From: Nitrosopumilus sp.
GTDB lineage: Archaea; Thermoproteota; Nitrososphaeria; Nitrososphaerales; Nitrosopumilaceae
NCBI GenBank assembly: GCA_965207075.1
Contig: CBDBLO010000002.1
Location: 1,888,001 to 1,952,000 of the forward strand
Reading direction: 5' to 3'
DNA: 64,000 nucleotides
Part shown: piece by piece, positions 38,208-50,000 of the stretch
Position numbering within the stretch: position 1 is the first letter of the stretch
How the letters are laid out: each line of letters begins with the position of its first letter
Position numbers and translations under genes: made by a program
Notes under the pieces: generated by a model
Databases searched by the model: none
What the model saw: the letters and a program-made list of their open reading frames with translations, nothing else
What the model was told of the DNA's origin: nothing

Positions 38208-40553
38208 ATGAACCACATCAATACTGCCTTCCCAGAGGAAAAAAGACCCATGATGTACAAGATGATGAAGTGGTGGGGCGGGAAACCTCACAACATCTGG
38301 TCTGCATACATAGATCGCTATTCAGACCAAGGAGATATAATTCTTGATCCATTCTGCGGTCGTGGAGTAGGCATAATCGAATCCGTGAGGCTCGGAAGAA
38401 AAGCCATAGGAGTAGATCTAAACCCAATCGCAATTTTTCAAACACAGATGATTTCCATGGACATAGACACAAGAAAAATCAAAGACATGTGGCAATCCAT
38501 CAAGAAGGATCTGAGAGATCTTGAAGAGTCATCCGGCCTGTTCAAAACCAAATGCATTCAGTGTCATAAATACGCACGGCTTGGCACTATGAACCGAGAG
38601 AACGGCATTCCATACAAGATATTCTATCAATGTACATGCAATAAAAAACCATTGGGCAAAGAACCCACATCCAATGATCTTGAACTTTGTACAAAATCTG
38701 ACGATATTGACATAAAATGGCCCTATCCTAATAACAAATTTCCACAATCAGAATCCTTCAGCATGGCAGTGAATAATTTTGGCGAATCGTATGACAAGTT
38801 GTATACTCGGAGAAACCTATATGCACTGGCAGGTATCTTTGACAGGATCAACCGTATAGAACCAAAAGAGATGAGGTTTATGTTCCAATTCGCATTTGTC
38901 TCAATGGTGCATCTGGCAACAAAGATCCCAAGTGTTAGGGAGAATTCAGACCGAGTGATGTCTGGAAGCTGGGGGAGACCAGGTTTCCTCAAGGTGAGAA
39001 AGAACATGGAAATGAACCCGTTTATTCTGTTTGAAAGAGCAGTGGAAAAAAACCAAGGCATACTAAAGGGAAAGGCAAGTTCTGCAGAGCGACTACAGCG
39101 CAAGATAAAACCCGCGAGAGACGTCCAAGAATTGTTAGATGGCGAGAAAAATATGCTCCTTTTAAAACACAACACTGCTGAACTGTGCGATGTCATACCT
39201 GAAAACAGTGTGGATTATGTAATCACGGATCCGCCCTATGGGGGCTTGATACAGTACTTTGACCTCAGCTCTATATGGAGTGTGTGGCTAAGGCTCACGG
39301 ATCCTTCTTTTGAGATGATGTTTGAGGACGAGATTACAATAGATGCCAAAAAGGCCAAACCATTTACTGAATATCACAGGATGCTGTCACTGGCATTTGG
39401 GCAGATCTATAAAATTCTCAAACCCGAGAAATACATGACTGTCACGTTCCACAATGATAAACCCATTATATTCAACTCGATCTTGAGAGCATGTCAAGAT
39501 CAGGGTTTTGTTCTTGAAAAGATACTCTTTCAGATGAACCGTAGAGCCGGAGAGACCGGGGCGTCCTCACCCTGGGGCACGTCGGTCAGTGATTTCTACA
39601 TCCGTTTCTTCAAGCCTAAAGAAAGACCCAGTGTACTGTCTCAATACATTTCCACCAAATTTGAAAATATCGTGAAAAATGAAGCCAAGAAAGTAATTGC
39701 TGAAAGAGGAGAGCCGACAGAAATTTCAGCCATGATTCCTCACATATACACCGAGATGGGCAAATCTGGAATGCAAATTGACTTTACGGGTGATGACCAA
39801 ATCTCCACCATCTTGCATGGAGACGGGGATTTTGTTGAGATGGTGAAAAACCAGTGGTGGTTGTCCGACGGTGCTCAGACGCAGCACAAGTTGCAAACTC
39901 CCCTATCCGAAAGGGTTGAAACATCCGTAATATCTATTCTACAGTCGCGGTACAAAGTATCTTATGATGAGGTTCTGCAGTCTCTGTTTGAGAAATTCCC
40001 GAATTCTCTTACGCCAAACACCGAAAATATAAAAGAATATCTGCAACAATACGCAGGCAAGACTTCAGATGGTAAATGGAAGATAAACCCCAACATGGGC
40101 AAGGAGGAGGTTACCCGTGAGCACACCGAGCTGGAGAAAATCCTATGTAAACTAGGAGTACAATTTGGCTATAAGGTGTGGTCACCGGACCATGCAAAAG
40201 ATCAGGAAATGAAAGAGATATGCGAGGATTTTGACCTAGACGTTCCAAATGCGGACCGGGTCAAGAACATAGATGTGTTGTGGATAAAAGATGGTATTGT
40301 AAAGTATGCATTCGAAGTTGAGAATTCCACGAGTATAACTTCTGCTCTTGAAAGGTGTTCAAACATCAAAGATGTGACGGTGAAGAGAATAATGGTCGTA
40401 CCGCAGGAACGGAAGAATTTCCTTGAGAGGAAGAAGAAAGAGCCAATGTTCATAGACTACTTTACAAAGGACAACTGGAAAGTTATCTGGTATGACAAAC
40501 TTAAAAGCCACAGGTATGGAACAGAACAGGCGTTTTTGCAGCTTGTGCGTTAG
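38208..40553 (+). CDS. Amino-DNA methyltransferase with C-terminal restriction-endonuclease-like domain
   Basis: ILDPFCGRG, Zn-ribbon cysteines and VITDPPY; C-terminal IDVLW...AFEVENST. Confidence 0.85.
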   Translation: MNHINTAFPEEKRPMMYKMMKWWGGKPHNIWSAYIDRYSDQGDIILDPFCGRGVGIIESVRLGRKAIGVDLNPIAIFQTQMISMDIDTRKIKDMWQSIKKDLRDLEESSGLFKTKCIQCHKYARLGTMNRENGIPYKIFYQCTCNKKPLGKEPTSNDLELCTKSDDIDIKWPYPNNKFPQSESFSMAVNNFGESYDKLYTRRNLYALAGIFDRINRIEPKEMRFMFQFAFVSMVHLATKIPSVRENSDRVMSGSWGRPGFLKVRKNMEMNPFILFERAVEKNQGILKGKASSAERLQRKIKPARDVQELLDGEKNMLLLKHNTAELCDVIPENSVDYVITDPPYGGLIQYFDLSSIWSVWLRLTDPSFEMMFEDEITIDAKKAKPFTEYHRMLSLAFGQIYKILKPEKYMTVTFHNDKPIIFNSILRACQDQGFVLEKILFQMNRRAGETGASSPWGTSVSDFYIRFFKPKERPSVLSQYISTKFENIVKNEAKKVIAERGEPTEISAMIPHIYTEMGKSGMQIDFTGDDQISTILHGDGDFVEMVKNQWWLSDGAQTQHKLQTPLSERVETSVISILQSRYKVSYDEVLQSLFEKFPNSLTPNTENIKEYLQQYAGKTSDGKWKINPNMGKEEVTREHTELEKILCKLGVQFGYKVWSPDHAKDQEMKEICEDFDLDVPNADRVKNIDVLWIKDGIVKYAFEVENSTSITSALERCSNIKDVTVKRIMVVPQERKNFLERKKKEPMFIDYFTKDNWKVIWYDKLKSHRYGTEQAFLQLVR

Positions 40554-41386
40554 ATCTTTCTAAAATTCAGTAAATATTGATGCACGTGGTTTATCTTGAA
40601 TGCGTATGGATACCCAAACGGATACAGCGGCTTGCTGTCCTGTACTAGAATAATGTTTCCTACGAACTCAAAACCTGTTTTTTGCATAAGGGTTATCATA
40701 TCACCGTGGGCATTGGTCTCTTTCTTGGCTACCGTAAAGTCGCTGATCACCACTGTACAATATTTCTTTTCATTAAGTTTTTTGTATAGCTCTGCCATTA
40801 TTTTCTCAATAGATTTTAAGTATGCCATGTATGTCTTCTTGTTGCCCACATCATTTGATTCATCCGAGTAGTATTCCACACCTTGTCTTCTCTGGCTTCC
40901 ATCGTGACGGATTCCACGACCTTTGTTTTTCAATATGTTGTGGTATGGAGGGGATGTAACGCAATAGTCAATGGCATCCAGCTTTCTAATCTCCTTTAAT
41001 GAATCTCCAGGGATTACAGAATACATGCGTCTTGGAATCTTGAGCTTACGAAGTCTTTTTCTAGCGAGAGTACAATATTGCTTGTTAAGTTCTATACCTG
41101 TACTGTGCCGGCCCGTCATAGCAGCAGCGATCATGCTTGTGCCACTACCCATGAAAATATCTAATACGTTGTCATTCTTTTTGGTAAACAGAAGGATTAG
41201 CCTCTTGATGTCTTCGACCAAAAATGGAGCGGGGTGTTCAAATGCATCCTTGTCTATGGCGTTTCTCTTGCTCATCCACACACTCTTGGACATTTGGAGC
41301 CATTCCTTACCCGTGAGATCGTTCAACGTGTTGCGTCCGTCGTAGATTCCTTTCTCACCCATGTCTGTTTTCAATACTGTTGCCAT
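40550..41386 (-). CDS. N4-C/N6-A DNA methyltransferase
   Basis: HPAPF, VLDIFMGSGT and VTSPPY motifs. Confidence 0.9.
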   Translation of the reverse strand: MATVLKTDMGEKGIYDGRNTLNDLTGKEWLQMSKSVWMSKRNAIDKDAFEHPAPFLVEDIKRLILLFTKKNDNVLDIFMGSGTSMIAAAMTGRHSTGIELNKQYCTLARKRLRKLKIPRRMYSVIPGDSLKEIRKLDAIDYCVTSPPYHNILKNKGRGIRHDGSQRRQGVEYYSDESNDVGNKKTYMAYLKSIEKIMAELYKKLNEKKYCTVVISDFTVAKKETNAHGDMITLMQKTGFEFVGNIILVQDSKPLYPFGYPYAFKINHVHQYLLNFRKI

Positions 41387-41757
41387 GATACAATCACTTT
41401 GTTCGATTTCTTCATTATCAGAATGTCGGTTTTGGTTCTTTTTACGTTTTTCTTAAATCTGGCTTATATACCGTATCTGAGAATCATGTCACTTCGGATT
41501 CTATACACAACATGTACATGCTGTACCTGTTCGTATTGTCAGACATGCTAAAGGTACCAAATGGCATCTTACCGAGAAGGAACCTCTACACGTAAGCTCT
41601 GATATATGATGTCAATCAGTACAATGACCACAACGTCTTTCCAGCGAGAGCCATCGGTTTGAACAAGTAGTTTACAAACAAGATCTATGAAAGCAGTTTC
41701 TGAAATCAAAAAATTGGTAATAGATAGAAATACTCCTCACACTAGAGCAAAAGCACT

Positions 41758-41844
41758 TTAGTTGTTGTCTCTGCTGCCACCGGATGGCTTGCCGGGTTTC
41801 TTGCTAGGCCAGCCGCCGCCCCCACCTTTTTTAGCTTGTATCAT
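41758..41844 (-). CDS. 28-aa Gly/Pro-rich micro-peptide
   Basis: MIQAKKGGGGGWPSKKPGKPSGGSRDNN; a GC-rich patch within an AT-rich intergenic region. Confidence 0.45.
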   Translation of the reverse strand: MIQAKKGGGGGWPSKKPGKPSGGSRDNN

Positions 41845-41988
41845 ATCATTACATCAACGTGCTTCTTATTATGTTGTGCCTATCCCGTATCTGAAGGTGC
41901 CACAAAATCCTTTTGAACAAGCATGTGATACAACCGAACATGTTGCAAAGTCATTGTGCAAAACAAGAACCACGGGAGTAACAACACT

Positions 41989-43686
41989 ATGTTTTTGGAA
42001 CGGATTGACATAGCTTGGTTCAGGGGGATTCGGCAATTGAGCATAAGGCTAGATCAGACTACCGTCTTGATCGGCGAGAACAACACCGGAAAGTCAACAA
42101 TCTTGGATGCCGTACAGCTAGCTTTGGGCGGTACTGCTACCAACGAAAGGATCAGGTTTACAAAATACGATCACTACCTTGCTGCAAGCGACAGTCACGC
42201 ATCAGATAGTGACCCAATTGAGATAGTCCTACATTTTTCTGAACAAATCGATAAAGAATGGCCGGATAACGTAATTCAGAAACTAGGTGACGTAATTCAA
42301 CAGGATGATATCACTGATCGGCATAGTGTGACACTGCGCGTGCGAAGCAAATACGATGCTACCACGGATGACTCCGTTCCAGAGTGGGATTTTCTGAACT
42401 TAAACAAAGAATCACTAGGTAAACACACGTTTCGCTACAAAAAAACATTACAGTCACTGGTTCCAGTCTTTTCCCTAAAGTCAAAACGCGATTCTGATCG
42501 TGCGTTCAAGCCAAACTCCACATTCTGGGGCCCATTTGTACGCGCAGTGTCGATGGATCCAGGCTTGCTGCAGAGTTTGGAGCACGAACTGGCCAGTCTT
42601 AACCAGAGAATCATCAAGGCCCACAAGTCTTTTTCCGCGGTCAAGGAATCTCTTCAAGATATTACCAAGCTGGTTCCACTTGCAAGTTCTGATCCTGTAA
42701 GCATAGCAGCGCTTCCAAGTAAAGTACTCGACATCTTGTCCCAAACGAGGGTGTCTCTTTCGTCGATTACCGGCGCGAAGATTCCGGTTGAAAAACATGG
42801 TGAGGGGACGCAAAGCTTAGCGACAATTTGCCTGTTTGTGGCGTTTCTCAAAAACAAGATTGATGGGCAAGACTCTGATCTTGTATCTGCTATTCTTACC
42901 CTTGAAGAACCAGAGGCGCATCTTCATCCTTCTGCAATCCACTCTGTCACCAACTTGCTTGAAAGCCAGTATGGGCAGAACATAATCGCTACTCACTCTG
43001 GTGATCTTGTCTCAAGTGTTGAAATATCTGCTCTGCGGTGCCTTCGCCGCAAGGACGGAGAGGTTGCTGTCTATCCGGTTGATAGGAATACCTTTAGTCC
43101 CAAAGACAGGAGCACAATTGACCACCACATCCGGATGGCTCGTGGAAATATGCTCTTCGCACGGTGCTGGTTGCTAGTGGAGGGAAAAACCGAGAGTCTA
43201 GTTTTTGAACGATGCGCTGCCATTTGTGGAATAGACCTAGCTCGTGAAGGAGTATACTGTGTCGAATATCCTCACATAAGCAGCCCTCGGACACTGATCA
43301 AGTTTGCCAAACAAATTGGGATCGAATGGTTCGTTGTTGCAGATGGTGATGATGCAGGCAACGGATACGTCCAAAGCGCAGAAGGTGAGCTCCACGGTGA
43401 GGACAAAGAGAAGCGCATATGCCAGCTGAAATACACTTTTGATGTCATGCTTTGCATGGAAGGCTACGGTCACCATTATGAGCGACACGTCTCCAGTGAC
43501 ACCGACAACCAAACATTCACAAAAGACGCGGCATACTGGAAGGCTGTAGTTGGCAAGAAAAGTCAGTTAAAAACTGCGGCGGCGTCCTCGGCTGTTGAAG
43601 AGATGTGTGAAACGGGCAAAGACAGTGTTCCAGAGATCATATCACGAATCATCACCACGTCGATTCAGCTTGCTAGAGGGGCGTAA
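41989..43686 (+). CDS. OLD-family ATP-dependent nuclease (ABC ATPase plus TOPRIM; GajA-like)
   Basis: GENNTGKS, HGEGTQS, EEPEAHLHP and THS; TOPRIM LVEGKTE and DGD. Confidence 0.9.
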   Translation: MFLERIDIAWFRGIRQLSIRLDQTTVLIGENNTGKSTILDAVQLALGGTATNERIRFTKYDHYLAASDSHASDSDPIEIVLHFSEQIDKEWPDNVIQKLGDVIQQDDITDRHSVTLRVRSKYDATTDDSVPEWDFLNLNKESLGKHTFRYKKTLQSLVPVFSLKSKRDSDRAFKPNSTFWGPFVRAVSMDPGLLQSLEHELASLNQRIIKAHKSFSAVKESLQDITKLVPLASSDPVSIAALPSKVLDILSQTRVSLSSITGAKIPVEKHGEGTQSLATICLFVAFLKNKIDGQDSDLVSAILTLEEPEAHLHPSAIHSVTNLLESQYGQNIIATHSGDLVSSVEISALRCLRRKDGEVAVYPVDRNTFSPKDRSTIDHHIRMARGNMLFARCWLLVEGKTESLVFERCAAICGIDLAREGVYCVEYPHISSPRTLIKFAKQIGIEWFVVADGDDAGNGYVQSAEGELHGEDKEKRICQLKYTFDVMLCMEGYGHHYERHVSSDTDNQTFTKDAAYWKAVVGKKSQLKTAAASSAVEEMCETGKDSVPEIISRIITTSIQLARGA

Positions 43687-43689
43687 GTC

Positions 43690-45588
43690 ATGGTGGACGT
43701 GTCATCACTGAATGCCAACCAGCTCAGGGCGGTCAATTGGGAGGAAGGACCCCTCTTGGTTCTTGCTGGACCTGGTTCGGGCAAGACCCGCGTTCTCGCC
43801 TACCGCATAGCGCGCCTTATGGAAGAATCTGTGGGACAGAGTTTTCGCATTCTGGGACTAACGTTTGCCAACAAAGCTGCCATGGCAATGCAAGAACGCG
43901 TCAGAGGCTTGGTTCCAAACTCGGATGAGCGGGTTCATCTTACTACATTTCACGCGTTCAGTACCGCCGTCCTGCGCCAACACGGCCACCACTTGGGTAT
44001 TCGTCCCGACTTTGCCATACTGTCACAGAAGGCAGACCGCCTAGCCGTCTTGAATAATGCCATGTCAAGAGCTGGAATGGAGCACTCGGTGAATCATGCC
44101 GACGAACACATGCTGTCTCTTGTAGCAAGAATGACAAAGAAAAACATTCCAATCGATACGAACGTTGAGTTTTTTCAAGGAGATTCCCACTACAGCGCGC
44201 AGCAGATTAAAGATGTTTACGTGCATTATCGGCAACTGATGATTGAAAACAGCGAGCTAGATTTTGATGCGCTGATAGCCGAAGCTCTGAGACTGCTCTC
44301 GAAGCCGGGCAAGGCAAACTTGATCAGGCGCATATACCCGTATATATGCGTGGATGAATTCCAAGACACCACCTTGGCGCAGTATGGTATATTGTGTAAA
44401 ATAGTTAATCCAGCCACAAAAAATCTGTTTGTTGTGGCCGACAATAACCAGACAATCTATGAGTGGCAAGGCGCCAGCTTAATGGGAATTAAATCCCTTC
44501 AGGAGGACTTTGATACAAAAATTCTCGAACTTCCAGAGAACTATCGATGCCCATCAGGAGTGGTCGAGATGGCCAACATGCTCATCGCGCACAATTCCCA
44601 CCGCATGGTGAATTCAGTTTCAAGCAAATCAGATGGCCCAGATCACATCATCCGAGTCAGAGCGTTTGATACGGCCGAAGAGGAGGCAGATTGGATTGCA
44701 AAAGATATAGCGGAGAGGCACACAGGTTCCAAGGATGGCCACGCCGTCCTTGCTAGAACGCACAAGGCTCTGGAACAAGTTGCCGTCGCGTTGAACAAGT
44801 ACGGCCTACATGGGCATTTATCCACAAACAAAAAAGAATTTACAAATGAGCGAATGGTGTGGCTGCATTCCATTCTGAGACTGGCAAACTCGAGACAGAG
44901 TGGCATCCAGCTACACAGAGTCTGCAAGTGGTTTTATACACTTGAAGGCGTAAATTTGATCATGAGTGATGTACTATCTGAAGCTGTAATAATTAAAGGG
45001 GACTATCTTCGTGCATGGGTGCGAGTGGCGCTACAAAAGGATCTAGATTCGACCACAAGAATGTTTTTGCAGACATCGATGCCCAAACTGGCTGACAATC
45101 TAGATGTTCAAAATTTTGTACAAGATTGCTTCGAATGGTTTGAGCGTAGACAGGAAGCTAATCCAGATCCTGACTATGAGACCGATTACAAAGAAGAGAG
45201 AGACATCTGGGATGCACTAGTACATGAAGCCGTAGGTAATATTGGACGCGAGCAGGTGACATTAAGCGCATTGTTGCAACATATTGATCTCTGTCCTAAA
45301 GCGCCACCGATGCCGGCGGGAGCTATACCCTGTTACACAATACATGCTTCTAAGGGTATGGAATTTAATCATGTATACCTGATCCGATTGGCCGAAGACG
45401 AACTACCCAGCTGGCAGGCTGTTAAAGAAGGAGACGAAAGCAATCAAATGCAAGAGGAGAGGAGAGTTTGTTTTGTTGCTATCACTCGTACACACAAGAG
45501 TCTGACGCTTACTTACCCGCTTAGTATATCCGATCGTGAAAGAAAACCATCTCGGTTTCTATCGGAGATGGGCATAGGACAATCTTAA
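43690..45588 (+). CDS. UvrD/Rep-family helicase (GajB-like partner)
   Basis: AGPGSGKT, VDEFQD, ENYRC, TIHASKGMEF and EERRVCFVAITR. Confidence 0.92.
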   Translation: MVDVSSLNANQLRAVNWEEGPLLVLAGPGSGKTRVLAYRIARLMEESVGQSFRILGLTFANKAAMAMQERVRGLVPNSDERVHLTTFHAFSTAVLRQHGHHLGIRPDFAILSQKADRLAVLNNAMSRAGMEHSVNHADEHMLSLVARMTKKNIPIDTNVEFFQGDSHYSAQQIKDVYVHYRQLMIENSELDFDALIAEALRLLSKPGKANLIRRIYPYICVDEFQDTTLAQYGILCKIVNPATKNLFVVADNNQTIYEWQGASLMGIKSLQEDFDTKILELPENYRCPSGVVEMANMLIAHNSHRMVNSVSSKSDGPDHIIRVRAFDTAEEEADWIAKDIAERHTGSKDGHAVLARTHKALEQVAVALNKYGLHGHLSTNKKEFTNERMVWLHSILRLANSRQSGIQLHRVCKWFYTLEGVNLIMSDVLSEAVIIKGDYLRAWVRVALQKDLDSTTRMFLQTSMPKLADNLDVQNFVQDCFEWFERRQEANPDPDYETDYKEERDIWDALVHEAVGNIGREQVTLSALLQHIDLCPKAPPMPAGAIPCYTIHASKGMEFNHVYLIRLAEDELPSWQAVKEGDESNQMQEERRVCFVAITRTHKSLTLTYPLSISDRERKPSRFLSEMGIGQS

Positions 45589-45839
45589 GTGCCATTCTCC
45601 CTCATGCCACAATTCTCCGAATAGGAAAGCCATTCAAAGTTGGTAGTACTACCTTATGAATCAGGTGTCGTGTCTGGAAAGGAATGGATTTGACGCGATT
45701 ATGTAGAACGAACCATCTTCACATGTGGTATCGTGCCTGACTATAAGTATTGGGCATCGGGAGGAGGAGAGGGACAGGCACGCATCCAGTACATCGGAAG
45801 CTGCAAGAGATCGCTGTCCACGAGCCGCTTGCAAGAAAC

Positions 45840-45925
45840 AGCACGGTGGCCTGCGGGCCGAACGTTTGAATGACCATACGAATCTTCTCGTCCGTACTCC
45901 ATCGGGTTTTCCTGCCTGTCATGCC
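45840..45925 (-). pseudogene. Possible transposase N-terminal HTH remnant
   Basis: MTGRKTRWSTDEKIRMVIQTFGPQATV resembles IS3-type OrfA starts; the similarity stops abruptly. Confidence 0.4.
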
Positions 45926-46123
45926 CCCATGTGCTAAAGTGTGCATCGCTGATCAGTCCTATTCTAGCGGGGCCCCCACCAAGTGGTCTGCAAGCGCGGC
46001 CCTTGCCTGCCGCTCAAACTCTGCATAGGCCGTCATGCCTTGCCTGACGGGTATAGAGTTATCAGCGTTGTGGTTTCGGAACCGTCCAGTTCGTACATAT
46101 TTCACGAATTTACAACGGATCAT

Positions 46124-46489
46124 TCAACACACGCCCAAAATGGGGTCCAGTACCGAGTAAAGCCATCCAAGTGCAAGCAATCCAATCAATGCAGCGGTAA
46201 GAAGCCAACCGACATTCCGTACATACGTTGCAGGCCCTGGCGACTTGTTGCGATATATACCGTAGACTACTAGTCCTACAATCATAGGCATCAGCATAAG
46301 TATCCAGAGGCCAAAGTTTGCCCAGTTAGTGCTTAGGTATATTATGACAGTGAAGGGAAACTCCGTACAATCGAACATAACATCACCTATCTTCAGTTCC
46401 AAGTATAAAATGCATAGCTTTACTCGATTCCCTCCCAAGAGTTCGAAATACATCTTGCAAACCCGATCATGCACAAAGTGAATGTTCAA
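46124..46489 (-). CDS. Small membrane protein (start uncertain)
   Basis: Two hydrophobic segments in the C-terminal half. Confidence 0.45.
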   Translation of the reverse strand: MNIHFVHDRVCKMYFELLGGNRVKLCILYLELKIGDVMFDCTEFPFTVIIYLSTNWANFGLWILMLMPMIVGLVVYGIYRNKSPGPATYVRNVGWLLTAALIGLLALGWLYSVLDPILGVC

Positions 46490-47023
46490 GTAGTTACAGC
46501 TTAATGCTCCTGTTGTATACCTTGCAGAAATATCCCTTCAACACAGTGAACTCAAGTATTACCCCGGAATTACGGATCGAAGCATTAATTAATAGTACTA
46601 CCGTACTATAACTAAGAGCTTAAAATTAGTACCGTATTGGGACGGTTCCCTTTAGACCCGCAATCATCCTTTGCGAGTCGATTTCAGCTCGAATTTTGCC
46701 CTCCGGATTCGTGCCTGTCAACATGCAGATTCGGGGCAAAGTGAGATTTAACCCTGCTGGTTGAGTTCGAGTTACTTCCAACTCAAACTCTCCAAAGCAC
46801 AGATTACCAGCGATACGAGCACCAAGCGTACGGAGCCACAATGCAGAACTCAGGGCCGTCGTAGGACCCGCAATCATAACAGGTAACCGTTTGACCCCCC
46901 ACCCACCCACTCCCCGAATCTAGATACAAGTTATGCCATACGTATCCGGATACAAGCAGAGCGATAAACGGTTACACCACATTCAACAGAGTATTTTTAA
47001 CAGTAGTGCAGATCTCGTGATCA

Positions 47024-50000
47024 TTGGATATACGACACGTTGTGTTGATGCCCATTGCCTGCGCCTTGGTCTTCTCCCTAGCCAATTATGCAGAGGCACA
47101 AACATACACCGGGGTCTTGGTGCTTGATCCAATTGCCTCCAAGATCAATACGGGAAGCACCGTGATCTTTTCCGGACAGCTAAGTACCACTTCGGGGCAC
47201 GCCATACAGGACGCAACGATCTACATCAAAGACGACGTGAGCTTTGGACGGGATGATGTTATTGGGACGCTTACGACCGACGACAACGGCGAATTCTATG
47301 GTACGTGGACCGCACAGCCACGCAGTAGCGGAGCATGGGACTTTTACGCCGAATACGAGGGCAGCTCACAAGTCACAGAGGCTCGTAGCGCAACCTACAG
47401 CGTCCAAATCTCCTCTTCCGGCTCCACGCATGTGACTCTTGACAGAATTCCCTCGTCAGTTTACGCAGGAGACTCCGTCACTTTCACCGGCACGCTTACG
47501 AGCGGCGGCTCCCCGCTATCCGGAAGGACCGTCTGGATATACGAGGACGACTTCGGGCCGGACGACCCCTTGGCGAGCGGGACGACCGACAACGCGGGAA
47601 GGTTCTCCATAAAATGGACGGCCAATGCCGGCACCGTGAATACCGGCTCTGAAGAAATCTACGCCAAATTCTTCGGAGACGGACAACACTCGGGCGACGA
47701 AAGCCCTAGGCAGACTACGAGCGTCTACGACAAGCGCGGCAGCTCCCTGACGTTGGATCCGATACCGAACCGGGTATACGCCGGCGATACGGTCACCTTC
47801 ACCGGCACGCTTACGGGCGGCGGCTCCCCGTTATCCGGAAGGACCGTCGCGATATACGACGACGACACGCTCAGACCCGACGATTACTTGGCGCGCGGGA
47901 CGACCGACAATGCCGGAAGGTTCTCCATAGACTGGAAGGTCGAGGCGGGTACCGTGGAGATCGAATTTGACATCTACGCCGAATTCGACGGGGACGGGAA
48001 ATACTCCGACGACCAGAGCCGCAGGCAACCCATGAATGTCTACAAGCGCGGCGGCTCCCTGACGTTGGATCCGATACAGACCTCGGCCGCGCTCGGCGAG
48101 GCGATTCCGCTCTCCGGCACGCTGATGCTGGACGGCCGCAGTCCGGAAGGGTCCATCGTCTACATCAAGGACGACGACACGCTGGGATTTGACGACCTGC
48201 TCGCCACCGCATACGTAGATTCGTCAGGACGCTTTGCGACATACTGGATAGTGGAGGATGTGGATACTTTTGACTATACGATCGAGATACAAGCCGTCTT
48301 TGAGGGAGACGACCTGTACCGCAGGCTGGCAACCCCCATTGAGGAGCTGGACATCGACCCGCTGGCACCGGCCCCAGGCCCCACCGACCCGCTGGCACCG
48401 GCCCCAGGCCCCACCGAAGGCGAAGGTTACATGGAACTCTACTACTCGCTGGACTTTGAACGGGCCCCTCGCATGCTGATAGTGCCCAGCCCATACTCGT
48501 ATGATGAAGTAAGGGAGTACATCTACCCTGTCCGAGAGGGCATACAGCTGCTCACCAGTATGTTGGAGCAGGAGTACGGCGACGGGAACTGGAACGTAGG
48601 GGTCGAGGTGGTAGCGCCGGGGGAACGTACGACCCACAAGCCCGATATCATAGTCAATGTGGTTACAAGTGACGACGACTATGAGTGCCGTGACACTGTG
48701 TTGGGTTACGCTCTCCTCACTGGCCATAAACCTGTGCAGGCCGCCGTCTGCTACAAAGACGGCCGGACCAACAAGGACGTTGAGGCAACGGCCGTACACG
48801 AGTTCATACACGCCGTCGGTGTGGGGCACACGTTCAACATAAGAGGGGACAGGATGTGTAGCGTGGAGGATGGTGTTCCCACCTGCCCCGACTTGAGATC
48901 TAGATCCAAAACGCCCTCGGGCCTCAACCTTGCCGCCATCGTGGCCATATATGGGACGGACGGATTTCAAAACCCGAACAATAACCACGTCAGTTGGGGA
49001 GAAAAGCTAACCGTGGCCGACTACCGAAGCAACAAGCACCTAAGCTCATTGCAGAACCAAAACTCTCCGGCAGCCGTTACCGGGTTTGATGCTACCCCCA
49101 CCGCGCCGATCGGCGCACCGATGCCTCCGCTTGAGAGGGTTTTTGTCCCGGACCTGTGGATAATGGACGTCTCCGGAAACGCCCTTGACACCATATCCAC
49201 GAACCAACAGGTACAGATCGCGTCTGGCCTGACCAATCGTCAGGACCGCACGCAGACGTTCGTCTACCTTGTCCAGATCTCGGACTCCGACGGAATCACC
49301 ATGGCCCTAGCAGGGATCTCTGGCACGCTAGAAGCTGGGCAGACGCTCCGTCCCTCGGTATCATGGGTACCTACCGAAGCAGGCACGTATAGCGCCACGG
49401 CGTTCGTGTGGGAGTCGGCCGACAATCCGGCCGCGCTGTCACCGCCTGTAACATCCACCGTCATTGTAACTTTCCCTCCGCTGACGACTGAACCGCCTGT
49501 AACATCAGATCCGCCAGCTCCACGAGGACCAGAACCAAATCAAGACGTGCCACGGACACCAACAGATACAATAGAGCCAATGCCGGGCTCATCAACTGTG
49601 GGATGCGAGGCAACCATTGAGGGTTGCTCAATACCCGGGATATTGACCGTGGATCCTGGAACCGCCATAACATTCATGAACACCGACGATGCGGCCCACA
49701 CGCTTACTGCCGGTACAGCGATAGACGGACTCAGCGGTACGTTTGACAGTGGGCTTGTTATGCCGGGCGGGTCATACACATTCAGCCTTGACTCCTCAGG
49801 TACATACGATTGGTACTGTCTAGTGCATCCTTGGCGCACGGGACAGATCATAGTAGGAGATCCGCCAGCTCCACGAGGACCAGAACCAAATCAAGACGTG
49901 CCACGGACACCAACAGATACAATAGAGCCAATGCCGGGCTCATCAACTGTGGGATGCGAGGCAACCATTGAGGGTTGCTCAATACCCGGGATATTGACCG

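Larger units (their letters stand above)
24275..46661. mobile_element. Integrated element 1 (about 22.4 kb) in tRNA-Lys
   Basis: Bounded by direct repeats CCCTTTAGACCCGC at 24275-24288 and 46648-46661; integrase next to the tRNA; AT-rich defence cargo. Confidence 0.85.
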
